The position numbers were made by a program, and so were the translations under genes. From the NCBI RefSeq assembly GCF_009914755.1, contig NC_060928.1: a stretch of 64,000 bases of DNA. One strand, given 5' to 3'. Positions 21,241 to 39,539 of the stretch are shown here, one piece after another. Each line of letters starts with the position of its first letter. The stretch's first letter is position 1. Below the pieces are notes generated by a model that worked only from the letters and a program-made list of their open reading frames with translations, did not search any database and was not told the DNA's origin. The DNA comes from the human T2T-CHM13v2.0 reference genome, Homo sapiens.

Positions 21241-21829
21241 ACTGCCATTTCCTGCTACACTATCATTGTCCTTTCACTTAGCTGCTGAGCACATGTTCAG
21301 TATCCACCACAGATTATTTTTGAAACTCCTTTTGGAAAATCCTCTCTCATGAGAGAAAAAGAAAACCTGCATTCAAGCCACATAAGCACATCAGGCACAA
21401 GCCAAGATTCAGATGTACTGGAGCTATTTGCTCAAGGGCGCAACCTCAAAAGAATATCATCCTGGTGGTGAAGAAATGGGTCACAGCCTGTGGTGCAGCA
21501 AAGCAAAGTCAGCTGGATCCAGCTGCAAGGTCTCACATGTTAGAAAGAGCCCCTAGGAAGACGGCCAAGGGCAAGCCCTGGCTCCTCCTTACTCATCATG
21601 ATATCTAGAGCATGACACTTAAGCATCTGGAGCCTCTGGTATTGTATCTGTTAAAAGGGGGGAAAATGCATGCCTTGTCTTCTCTACTGGGTAAAAGTAA
21701 AATGTATAAAGTGTTCACTGTGGTCATTTCAGAGTTAAGTATAATATCATTAAAAGCCTTCATTACCCCTTTTCACCTAGGCAACATCCTTTGCCTTCTT
21801 GCCCCATAATTCCTTTTATAACCCAAGTC

Positions 21830-22710
21830 TGTTTCCAGAGAACTGTTCTCAAAGCATAGATCTTACCAGATCTGCTCCCCCCAGCCCTGCCAATGACTCT
21901 ATCTTCAATTCCAAACATAGCAGCTAAGGCCTTCCATCACCCACTTGCAACCTGCCTCTTCTTCCTCATCTCTCCCAACTTCGCCTTTCCTTCACCTTAT
22001 GCACAACTGGACCAGATGCTTTGCTGTTCCCAAACATTCTTATTTCTCTGCCTCTGCATCTCTGCTCAGATATTCCTTCCACCTGTCCATGGTTTGTGCT
22101 GCCCAACGTCAGAGCTATTGGGCTTTTAATTAGAGCTTATGCTCTTCCTTTAAGGAATGACTCCCCTGGCATTGCATTGGCCAAGAGATGGGTATATGAC
22201 CCAGGTAAGACCTCTCAGTCCCTCTTCCCTTGAAATTTGTACCTTAAGAGAAGTGACCCAACCCAAAAGCACTGGAGTTGACTCATCCTTATAGACCATA
22301 CTCTGAAAAAAACATTGCCATCAATCCCTAGTACATCAATCTATAACATGTTTCCTTAAAGGTACAGCTTTTTACTTCAATTCAGGAGCTATCTCCACAA
22401 TCCCCAACAGATTCCCCCTGGTGGTGGTGGTGTTTTTTTAATTTTTTTTTCTCTTCAATTAGCCAGAGTTCATATCTGCTTCTTGCAGCCACTAAATAAT
22501 CCTTCAAGGTTCAGTTCAAATGGCAATTCTTCATAAAGCCTCATTTAGGCACATTTTATAGCAGTTATTTGTATACACTTCTGTTTTCCCTCTGCATTAT
22601 TAGCTCCTTAAAGACAGGGATCAGGACTTGTTCATCTTCGTACCCCAACTGCCCCCAGTGGACCAGAAACGTGGTCATTTTTTGGTAAATATTTATTGAC
22701 TTGAATGGCA
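21830..22710 (+). mobile_element. L2 fragments, interrupted by an LTR-like insert at about 22110-22490
   Basis: ccttcaaggttcagttcaaatg...agctccttaaagacagggatc...taaatatttattga (L2 3' end). Confidence 0.55.
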
Positions 22711-22881
22711 AACCAGTTAAGAAGGAGAATTTAAAGTACTTTGTAGGATTCAGTGGTATTTTAATCCTGTGTTTTGTAGTGTTCATGCATGCTGTTATCT
22801 AATAAAATTTGTTTTTCTAGAGAAATCATCTATCCAAATTCTACAACCATTATCACATTTTCAAGACAGCCTGAGGCTTAC

Positions 22882-23353
22882 AGTGAATTTGAGAGTTCTC
22901 CTCAGATCCAGAGTCTTCTAACTTTTGCCCTGCTTCCCCTCTCTGCTGAAATGTCAGGGCTCTGGCAGCTGCCATTATCAGATCCCAAACAAGCGTGTGA
23001 ATAACAATGGGAAGTGTGACAATTCCCTAGGTTGTTTTTTTTTCTTTAAGCCTTCACAGGAAGAGCTTGACTATGGCGAATTCTATGTTTAGACTGTAGT
23101 CTTTTGTATTTAGTTTAGCAAACTGCATTTCAAGGCCCCTAGGATGCAAGTTATACTCATTATAATGCACGAATAATTTCCCCTTCAACATGATTTTCAC
23201 ATCAGAATGATAAAGGACAACCAAATGATGAGAATGAACTGTTGCAGTATGAAACTGACCCACAGCTTACGTAAAACTGTAAGTGAGCACAATTGAATGT
23301 TTATTGAAGCATATTTATAAATACTATCAAACCAAACATGATTCCTGTTATCT
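22882..23353 (-). pseudogene. Relic exon: catalytic and C-terminal part of a second AID/APOBEC-like domain (decayed)
   Basis: Acceptor taattttttcattag| and donor CACT|gtaagc; reads DNRNHVWF...QFILIIWLSF / HPRGLEMQFAKL...RLKEKKTT*GIVT...VWD. Confidence 0.5.
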
Positions 23354-24240
23354 CTAATGAAAAAATTATACTTTTCCTTTTTCCTGACAAGGAATGAGGG
23401 GAAGGGATAGGGAGAAGGGAAGCTGACAGCAAGGTTTCTTACCCCACTGCTCCCTCTCCATCTAATTAAGAAGTCTGCTGATTGGGGCAGTCCCCACGGC
23501 AGCAGCCACCTAGCAGAAGTGCAGGGAAAGCCTTAGATCTGCTTACTTTCCACTATATTAGGCACCCCTGCTTTACATTCTATGAGTTGTCCACTCCCAA
23601 TAATTACTTCTTTCTGAACACCCATCTTGACAAGAATGAAAAGCCATCACAAAAGGCTATTTTCCAAAAGAAAAAGTTCAAGTATCTTCTCTTTTCACAT
23701 CCATACTTCCAAACATTGTCCTTTAACACAGCAAATGATAAGGTTAAACTTGGCCTATGCTCCAAGTATAAAAGCCAAGGACATTACCTACGCATAAAAA
23801 TAAAATGAACTATCTGGGAAAATGAAGTAGACGTACTTTTCCCTATTCCTCCCACTAGCTACAACTAAAAACCCCAGACATTATGCATAAAGCAAATATA
23901 AAAAGACTGAAAGGTGGGGAGAAGAAGGCAGACTGGCTGGGGATCTTAGGACCCAAGGAAAGACATGGTGGTAAGTTGCCTTATGGATCCCAGACAAGAA
24001 GCTAAAGAGTTCAGCAATCCAGAAATGCAAATGAGTTCTGACTTTTAAATGCCTCAACAAAAGCCTGTTCTCACTAACCAAAAGACCAGGAAAGGGACAA
24101 CCTAGCAAAACAGAAAACCTTTAGACAATAACCATTCTACTTCAACCAAACACCACAAACAAAACCTTACTCCCACACATACCAGCAAAGGCTGAGAGGG
24201 GAGCCTAGACTTCACCCTCAAGAGGCTATAACACAGTGGC

Positions 24241-24631
24241 TGCTATGGTTTGAATATTTGTGTCCCCTCCAAAATTCATATTGAAACAATCCCCATGGCA
24301 AAGTATTAAGAGATGGGACTTTTGAAAGGTAATTAAGCCCTAAGGGCTCTACTTTTTTTATCCCTTATAAAAGGGCCAGAGAGGTAGGTAGGCCCTTTTT
24401 GCTCTTCCATCTTTCTGCCATGTGAGGACACAGCATTTGTCCCTTCCATAGATGCAGCAATAAGATGCCATCTTGGAAGCACAGACGGACCTCTCTCTCG
24501 TGAGACATCAAACCTGCCAGCACCTTGATCTTGGACTTTCAGCCTCCAGAACTGTGAAAAATAAATTTCTGTTCTCTACAAATTAGCCTGTTTGTGTTAT
24601 TTTGTTATAGCTGCACAAGTGGACTAAGACA
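24241..24631 (+). mobile_element. MST-type MaLR solo LTR
   Basis: tgctatggtttgaatatttgtgtcccctccaaaattcat...ggactaagaca; flanks gtggc / ttggc. Confidence 0.85.
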
Positions 24632-25585
24632 TTGGCCCAATACCCACCAGGGTAGTATCACAGAAAGCCAATCAGGAAGCCAGGTTTCTATCCCTGCTGA
24701 CTGACAGCAAGCCTCTGCCCCAACAGGGTCAGTGGAGGCCATGTGGGAGCTTGGATTTCCACCTCAGTCCAACAGTAATGAGAAAACCCTCTTCCTCTTT
24801 GCTATGTGGTATCAGAGAATGCCGAAAAAGGGGTCAAGACTTCAACCATCACCAAACAGCAATAAGCCAGTTGCACTGCATTGTCAGTGGAGACCATGTA
24901 CAAAGGCAAAATTTCTACCCCTACTACTCAGCAGTAATGAGGAGTCTCCACCTCAGGTGTCAAAAGAGGCCAAGTGGGAAACTTAGATTTGTACCTCCAC
25001 CTGGCAATAACAAAGCAGCTCCTCTCCTTCCCCTGCTGGACTTGTACCAGAAAAATCCAGGTAAAGCAGAAAACTTAAATAAGATCCAGAGTCTCATAAC
25101 ACAATATAAAAATATCTAAGTAACCCATGCCAACGCACATTATAATTAAACTTCTAAAAACTAAAGACAAAGAAAAAACATGAAAGCAGTCAGAGAAAAA
25201 CCATACCCATAGTGAAAAAAAAATTAGAGTGACAGTAAATTCCTCATCAGAAACTATAGAGGCCAAAAATAATTGGCACAATATTTTTCATGTGCTGAAA
25301 GAAAAGAACAGTCGACTCAGAATTGTATACTCAGAAAAAATATCTTAGGGAATGAAAAAGAAATAAAGACATTCTCAGAGTCTCAAATGAAAGAAACCAA
25401 GAGAATTTGTCACCAGCAGGCCCATTCTAAAAGATTAGCTAAAGGAAGTTCTTCTAAATAGAAAGGAAACAATGAAAAAAGAAACTTTGGAGCATCAGAC
25501 AGGAATAAAGAACATGATAAAGGAAAACATGGGTAAATACAGTGGGTCTTTCTTCCTCTCTTGAGTTCTCTAAATTATGCTTGTT

Positions 25586-26846
25586 AAATTAACTCAAGAT
25601 GGATTAAAGACTTAAAAGTAAAACCCCAAACCATAAAAACCCTGGAGGACAACTTAGGCAATACCTAAGTTGTCATAGGCATGGGCAGAAATTTCATGGA
25701 CATAGGCATGGGCAAAGATTTCATGATGAAGAAGCCAAAAGCAATTTCGACAAAAACAAAAATTGACAAATGGGATCTAATTACACTAAAGAGCTTCTGC
25801 AGAGCAAAAAACAAACAAACAAATTATCAAAAGCTAAACAGACAACCTACGTAATGGGAGAAAATATCTGCAAACTATGCATCTAACAAATGTCTAATAT
25901 TCCATATCTATAAGGAACTTAAACAAATTTACAAGCAGAAAACAAACAACCCTATTAAAGTGGGCAAGGGACATGAACAAACACTTTTCAAAAGAGGACA
26001 TAAATGCAGCCAACAAGCATATGGAAAAAAACTCAACATCATTGATCATTAGAAAAATTCAAATCAAAACCATAATGAGATACCATCTCATACCAGTCAG
26101 AATGGCTTTTACTAAAAAGTCAAAAAATAACAGATGCTGGTGAGTTTACAGAGAAAAAGAGCACTTACACACTATTGGTGGGTGTATAAATTAGTTCAAC
26201 CATTGTGAAAAACAGTGTGGCAATTCCTCAAAGACCTAAAAACAGCACTACCATTCTACTCAGCAATCCCACTACTGGTTATATACCCAACAGAATATAA
26301 GTCATTCTATCATAAAGACAAATCCATGTATATGTTCATTGCAGCACTGTTCACAATAACAAAGACATGGAATCAACTTTAATGCCCATCAATGGTAGAC
26401 TGAATAAAGAAAATGTAGTATATATGCACCATGGAACACAATGCAGCCATAAAAAATAATGAGATCATGTCCTTTGCAGGAACATGGATGGAGCTGGAGG
26501 CCATTATTCTTAGCAAACTAACACAGAAACAGAAAACCAAATACCTCATGTTTTCACTTATAAGTGGGGGCTAAATGATGAGAACACATGGACACATAGA
26601 GGAGAATAACAGACACTGGGGCCTACCAGAGGGTGGAAAGTGGAAGGAAGGAGAAGATCAGGAAAAATAACTAATGAGTACTAGACTTAATACCTGGGTG
26701 ATGAAATAATCTGTACAACAACCCCCCATGACACGAGTATACCTGTATAACAAATCTGCACATGTACCCCTGAACTTAAAATAAAAGTTAAAAAGCAATT
26801 TAAGGAATAAATCGGCTGGTTCTATTGTCAATAAAAAAATTTTTAA
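25586..26846 (+). mobile_element. 5'-truncated older L1PA (L1PA13-16-like)
   Basis: ORF2 end plus 3'UTR (gatcaggaaaaataactaatg...tgtacccctgaacttaaaataaaag); TSD taaattatgYttgtt at 25571-25585 and 26847-26861. Confidence 0.88.
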
Positions 26847-27050
26847 TAAATTATGTTTGTTGAGGCAAAAAATTATAAAACTACCTGATATTGTTCGAAA
26901 TGTATATAGAGAAAATATTTAAGACAATAATATTATAAATAGGGGAGGATAAAAGCAGATAAGATTTCTGTACTAGAATTGGTAAAATGATAATACCAGT
27001 AAACCTTGGTAAGTCTTGTATAAATAATGTAATACCTAGAGAAACCACTT

Positions 27051-32250
<5,200 letters not shown>

Positions 32251-34492
32251 AAAGCTATAGGAACAGACATAATCTAAAACATCATAGATAAATGAAAATG
32301 GAACTCAAAAACCTTTAAGTAACCCTTAAGAACATGAGAAAAAAATACAGAGGAACAAAAAATATTTTTAAAAACACAGAAACAAAAACTAAAATGGAAG
32401 ACTGAGCCGTGTCAGATCAATAGTTACATTAAATGTAAATGATCTGAATACACCAATTAAAAGTGATAGCAGAATGGATTAATAAACATGTTTCAACTAT
32501 ATGTTGTTGACCAGAAATTCACTTCAAATATAATGATATAGGCAGGTTAAAAGTAGAAAGATGGAAAAAGTTATATTATGAATGGTGACTAAAGGAAATC
32601 AGGAGTGTCTATATTAATATCAGATAAAATAGATTTCAGAACATAAGCAGACAAGGACATTATATAATGATAAAAGGGTCAATTCACCAAGAAGATTTAG
32701 CAATTGTAAATGTGTTTGAACAAAGCAATAAAGCTGCAAAATATATGAAGCAAAACCTAATAGAAATGAAAACAGCAACTGACAAATTCACAATTACAGT
32801 TTGAGAATTCAACACTCTCTCTCAACAACTAATAGAACAACTGCACAGCAAATCATCAAGAATATAGAAGAAATCAACACCATCAGCCAACGAGATGTAC
32901 TCAACATTTATAGAACACTCTAACAGTAGCAGGATGCATATTCTTTACAAATGTCCGCAAAACATCACTAAGATAGACCATATATTTGACCATTTTTTTA
33001 AAAATGCAACAAATTAAAAGAAATGCAATCATATAGTGTATGTTATCTTACCACAATAGAATCAAACTGGAAGCCAATAACATAAAGATAACAGGAAAAC
33101 CTCCAAACACTTGGAAACTTAGCACCATACATCTAAATAATCCATGGGTCAAAGAGGTAGTCTCAGAGGAAATCAAAACTGAACTGAATGGAAATGAAAA
33201 CACAGCATATCAAAATTTGTGAGACAAAAACTAAAGCAGTGCTAAGAGGGAAATATATAGCACTAAACGCACATATTAGAATAAAGAAAATGTCTCACAT
33301 CAATATACTAAGCTTCTACCTTTAAAAAACTAGAAATAGTAGAGCAAAAATAAATCCAAAGCAAGAAGGAAAAATATAATAAAGATAAGATTAGAAATCA
33401 AGGAAATTGAATATAGAAAAATTATAAAGAAAATCAACAAAACAAAGAGCTGGTGCTTTGAAAAGATCAATAAAATTAACAAACTTCTAGCAAGACTGAC
33501 AAAAAAGATGGAGGACACAAATTGCCAATATAAGTATTAGAAATGATAAAGGAATACTATCACTACAGACCCTGCAGATGTTAAAGAAATAATAAAAGAA
33601 TACTACTAAAAACGCTACACATGTTTAATAACTTAAACAAAATGTATCAATTTCTTGTAAAACACAAACTATCACAATTCACACAATATGAAAGAGATAA
33701 TTTGAATAGCCATATAATTATTTAAGAATATTGAGTTCACAAATCGTAGAAATCCCAACACTCCCACCTCTCCAGGCACAGATGGTTTCACTGGAGAATT
33801 CTACAAGACATTTAAAGAATTAAGAGCAATTCCACACAATCTCTTCCAGCAACATAAAAGAAGGGAATATTTTCTAATTCATTTTATAAAGCTCTGATAC
33901 CTGACATCAAAATGAGAAAAAGACAGTACATTAAAAGAAAACCATAGGCCAGTAGCTTTCATGGATAAATGTAAAAATTCTCAACAAAATATTAGCAAAT
34001 AGAATTCAGAAATATATTTAAAAATTTGTACATCATGACCAAGTGAGGTTTATTCCAATGATATAATCTGGTTCAATATTTGAAAATTCATCAGTGTAAT
34101 CTACCATATTACAAGCTAAGGAAAAAAGGTTACATGATCATATCAATCAACAGAGAAAAAGCATTTGACAAAATTCAACACATTTGTGTTAAACACTTTC
34201 CGAAAAAAATAAGCATAGAGAGAGACTTTCTCAGCTTGGTAACAAAACTTATGCACAAAACTTATGTGATGAAAACTACACAATACTGATGAAAGAAATC
34301 AAAGAAAATGTAAATAAAAGGATAGAAATAACATGCTCATGGATCAGAAGACTGAATATGGTAAAGATGCCAATTTTCCCAAATTGACATAATGGCTTAA
34401 AGAAATTCCTAGCAAAACCCCAACAAGATTGTTTTGTAGATACAAGACTATTTTAAAATTTATATCGAGAGACAAAAAGAATTAGAATAACC

Positions 34493-34832
<340 letters not shown>

Positions 34833-35231
34833 TCAAAAGAAGAATAAAGTAGAAGGCTCAGTCTACCCAATTTCAAGGCATTATATAGCTACAATAATAA
34901 AGATTGAGAGGTATTGGATAGGGATAGACACATAAATCAAGGGAACAGAACAGCAAACCCAGAAACAGACCCACAAATATGTCCAATTTGTTTTTGACAA
35001 AAGTGCAAAACAATTCAATGAAGGATAGGTAGCCTTTTCAAGAAATAATGTTTGATAAATTGGATATACAGAGACAAAAAAAAAAAGAAGAAAATCCTTC
35101 ACTGAAGTCTAACAGGTTACATAAAAATTAACTCAAAATGGATCACAGACTTACACATAAAATATAACACTATAAAACTTAAAAAAAAAAAAGTTAGGGG
35201 GAATCTTTGGGATCTACAGTTACTCCAAGAC

Positions 35232-36164
35232 GGGCTTGGGCCATGATACCTAAAGACTCAATCCAGAATGCCATGATCCTGAATGTTGAAATCTCTGAAG
35301 CTTAAAATTTATAAAGTCTGAAATCCCCAAAATCACAATTCTGAAAGATCAAAATTCTAAAAATATAATTCTGGAAAAAATAATTTTTAAAAATTCTTTA
35401 AAAGATATTTGTTTACACTTTTAAAGGGGGATTTGTTTGAGAAATATTTAAAAACACAACAGAACACTTCATAGGCCACTTTACACAAGAAAAAAGGCAA
35501 TAATAACATGCATTTTTTGCAAACATATATGCTCAGAATACTAAAAAGACAGTTGCACATGTATAACAATTATGAGCAGATAGACCATATTCATAAAGGA
35601 ATCACTTATATAACTGTGATCATGTGAAATACTGTGACAGACAAAAAAAACAGAAGAAAGGTCTCTCCCAGCTCTCAGAGAGAGATCAATTCACCTTCTG
35701 TATTTGTTATCTTCAGCCCCCTTGCTGATTGAATAGTGCTTGCCGAGATGGAGGGCAGATCTTCCTCACCTAGTCCACTGAGATTCACACTAATCTCTTC
35801 TGGAAACACACCCAAAATTTGCTTTACCAAGTGTATAGGTGACTCTTAGTCCAGTTAAGTTGGCAACTAAAATTAAGGCCATAAATTTACCCCTTGTCAG
35901 TTTGGCACTAACTGCATCTCCTTAAACCATAACTTCCAAATAAAGACAATAACAAAGTAATCGCTCTGCATAACATAATGCAACTAAAATGATACAACTA
36001 TCCTGCAGACAATCTAAAATGCCCTAACTGCGATTTTCACGATTTAAAATTTTAGGGATTTTAGACGTTAGAGGTTTCAACTTTTGGAATTTGGATCTTT
36101 AAAGATATCAACATTCAGGATTATGGCATTCAAGACTGAGTTTTTTGGGATTACAATAGGCATC
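35232..36164. mobile_element. Ricksha-like MULE DNA transposon carrying a captured MLT2/ERVL LTR piece
   Basis: Inverted ends (aatgccatgatcctgaatgttga ... tcaacattcaggattatggcatt); MLT2-like text at about 35660-35910. Confidence 0.7.
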
Positions 36165-36773
36165 TCTCAAAGAGTTCTTAGACTTAACACAAAAAGCATG
36201 AGCCATGAAAGAAAAAAGTGATAAATCAGACTTTATAAAAATTAAAAACTTTTGCCCTATGAAAAGATCCTGTTAAGAGGATGAAAAGAGTAGCTATAGA
36301 CCAGGAAAAAATGTTTGCAAACCACAAATTCATGAAAAATAAAAAAACTGGAATCTAGACTATATAAAGGACCCTCTAAACTCAACAGTAAACAAAAAAA
36401 TTTTTAATCCACTATTCAAGAGACACTTCGCTGAAAAATATACATAGATGGCACTAAATACATGAAAAGATGTTTACCATAGAAAATTATGCTGAGTGGA
36501 AAAAGCCAATTCCAAAATGTTACATACTATATAGTTCCATTTATATAACATTCTTGAAATGACAAAATTTTAGAAATGTAGAACAGATTAGTGACTGCCA
36601 AGAGTTAACAAGGAAATGGAGGCAGGCGGGAATCAGTTGTAACTCTACAAAGGCAACATGAGGAATCCTTGTGGTGATGGAAATCTTCTATATCTCCACT
36701 ATTATGTCAATATCCTGATAATAATATTGAGCTATGGTTTTGCAAGATATTACCATTGGGAGAAACTGGGTAA

Positions 36774-37108
<335 letters not shown>

Positions 37109-37574
37109 CCAGAATCATTCTATATTATTTCTTACAACTGTATGTGAATCTACGAGATCACAATTTCAAGATCTTGAAATAAGAAGTTCAGTTAAAAATG
37201 TTTTTAAGTAAATAAATAAAATAAAGAGAATTGAAGAAAAACAAAAGAAGCTATCACAGATTAAATGTAGTTCCTGCTAACTATACTATATGGTTCCTAC
37301 TCTATTTTCAAACTACTTAAACTTTTTTCTTCAGGATAACACTACAAAGCACAGTAAAAGGAAGATTTTTGAAGAGAGTTTCAGACTAATTGGTTAATTG
37401 TAACATGAAGAAGGTTGAAAGTTATAGTAGGATAGGATATAGACAAAGGTGAGAAAAAATATTCCACAAAGTCAGTGGAAGCGGGGACATCTCACTTAGC
37501 CGGTTACATTTGGCCAGTGAGCCTACAAGGCCTGTGAGTGATAGTTATCACAGACAAAAGAACAGAAAACAAAT

Positions 37575-37693
37575 ATTTTCAATTAGGAGATTAAAATGGA
37601 GATAGAACAGAGAAGCCAAATTTCAGATTGGCATTTTCAATTAAGAGATTAAAATGGAGATAGAACGAGAAACCAAATTTCAGATTGGCATTT
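37575..37693. repeat. 58-bp tandem duplication (2 copies)
   Basis: attttcaattaRgagattaaaatggagatagaac(a)gagaaRccaaatttcagattggc starting at 37575 and 37633. Confidence 0.95.
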
Positions 37694-37727
37694 GATTTTC
37701 AAAGTCTTTTCTATTCTTGGCCTTTAC

Positions 37728-37863
37728 ACTTTGTTGAGGATTATGATTTTGTGATTTGAACATCCCAGTTAATTCTCAAGATTATGGCAGACAAAAGTAA
37801 CTGGCTCCAACTTCAGAAAGCTTGTTGCTTTCAAATAAATATTTAAAAATTTTTACAGTCAGC
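37728..37863 (-). pseudogene. Relic exon: N-terminal part of the second AID/APOBEC-like domain
   Basis: Acceptor atttttttctcccag|, phase 2; LTVKIFKYLF / KATSFLKLEPVTFVCHNLEN*...ILNK; possible donor gtaaag. Confidence 0.55.
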
Positions 37864-37890
37864 CTGGGAGAAAAAAATACTGTTGGTCTA

Positions 37891-38336
37891 TGTGATGCTG
37901 TGATACTGTGTGTCAACTTGATTGGAATGAAGTATGCAAAGTACTGATCCTGGATGCGTCTGTGAGGGTGTTGCCAAAGGAGATCAACATTTGAGTCAGT
38001 GGGCTGGGAAAGGCGGACCCACCTTTAATCTGGGTGGGCACCATCTAGTCAGCTGCCAGTGCAGCTAGAATATAAAGCAGACAGAAAAATGTGAAAAGAC
38101 TAGACTGGCCTACCTCCCAGCCTACATCTTTCTGTCGTGCTGGATGCTTCCTGCCTTTGAACATCGGACTCCAAGTTCTTCAGTTTTGGGACTGGGACTG
38201 GCTCTCCTTGCTCCTCAGCTTGCAGATGGCCTATTGTGGGACCTTGTGATCGTGTGCGTTAATACTTAATAAACTCCCCTTTATATATAGATCTATTCTA
38301 TTAGTTCTGTCCCTCTAGAGAACCCTAACTAATACA
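37891..38336 (+). mobile_element. MLT2A-type ERVL solo LTR
   Basis: tgtgatg...gtcaacttgattgga...agagaaccctaactaataca; flanks gtcta / gtctg. Confidence 0.9.
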
Positions 38337-38485
38337 GTCTGTTTTATAAAAACATCACCAACTCTTTCCCAGTAATCCCATTTCAAATGTGATACATCTG
38401 AAAAAGTTTAGCTTAAACAGCTTATTAATCATTCATCACAAAGCAAGGTGACTAATTTATTCATTTGTGAGTTTTGGTAGTTTAA

Positions 38486-38619
38486 CATGATTTCTCTTAG
38501 GCCATTGGTCCAGTATTCATTCACATCACAATTCATGTAGTGGGATTTTCTCTGGGAATCCAAACAAAAGCTGTTAACAACAGCATCTACAAATTGCTTC
38601 CAACAAACTTCATGAAAAA
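38486..38619 (-). pseudogene. Relic exon: C-terminal helices of the first AID/APOBEC-like domain
   Basis: Open frame FHEVCWKQFVDAVVNSFCLDSQRKSHYMNCDVNEYWTNGLREIML; matches the CWxxFVD...LxEIL family pattern; splice sites degraded. Confidence 0.65.
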
Positions 38620-39062
38620 TTATTAATAAAAGAAAAGCAAATATTTTCCTTAAAAGTAATAAAAATGTTCCCTGTCATAAATAGTACAATTAAGAACTCA
38701 ACCATAGTAGGAAGACAAGATAAATGGAAAAAGAAAAAGAATATTCAGTGATGTTATTTTCAGTTTATAGAGATGAGACAGCCTAGCATACAACAGTTTA
38801 ATTTCTAACCTTAATGTAATCTCTGAATAAAGCAAATAATTTTAATCAATCTTTGTTTGCTTTAAGCTTCATCAGAATTGTATTTCTATTTCATTTTATG
38901 ATGTTCAACTACTTCAATTTTTCTATTTCAAATGAATTTAAAAATAAATACCTGAGTCTTAGTCTTAAAATAATTGTTCTATAAATGCAATCTATGATAT
39001 TTTATGTGTTTTTAATACCTTACTTCATTTGTCATATATGTGAATCAGGTTAGATTTCTTAC

Positions 39063-39281
39063 ATGAATAAAGCATTTAATATCAATGAGGAGAAATTTCT
39101 CTTCATGTGGTAGTACCAGATAAACCTGAAAGATTCTGTTGGCCTGATTCATGGTCATTGATTATTATTAACAGATACTAGAGAACCCAGAGTTCCATGT
39201 CCCTTCACACATTTTAAAATAAATAGAGACTAATGAACAGGTGAAGAAAATGGAATCCACTTGGTCTTCTGCAGTGCATGG
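39063..39281 (-). pseudogene. Relic catalytic exon of the first AID/APOBEC-like domain
   Basis: Acceptor tttttttttcatacaatag| and donor CAT|gtaaga; starts PCTAED (HAE position), contains RIF..YYH across frameshifts, ends MLYS in phase 1. Confidence 0.6.
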
Positions 39282-39539
39282 CTATTGTATGAAAAAAAAA
39301 GTCAGCCATGATTCAGGTAATTTTTTAAATGTTATTTTCTCAGTTAGTGTTATTTGGGACTGTATGTAACAAAAAATCTAGTGAAAAACTTATAAAAAAG
39401 TACAAATCTTCTTGTCTCCCACATAAAAAAAGTACAAAGGTAAGCAGTTTAAAGCTGGTGTGGAAGTACGACAGATATCAGAGATCCTGGTTTCTTACAA
39501 CTTTCTGCTCCACTGTCCTTTGCACATGACTTTCATGGC

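Noticed and set aside
23054-23263. Resemblance of SDVK..GKLFV to IZUMO1
   Set aside because: Short match, and the segment order is inconsistent with the IZUMO domain.
23051-23278. Plus-strand exon-like signals (tttctttaag| ... act|gtaagt), similarly at about 14394-14465 and 37336-37448
   Set aside because: No recognisable protein and no coherent chain of exons; lncRNA use cannot be excluded.
37520-37800. Initial reading as an Ig domain plus transmembrane helix (VTFVCHNLEN...IWLLCSISILIS)
   Set aside because: No signal peptide or other Ig exon found. The AID/APOBEC reading explains more segments and their splice phases, and hydrophobic runs are expected in T-rich DNA.
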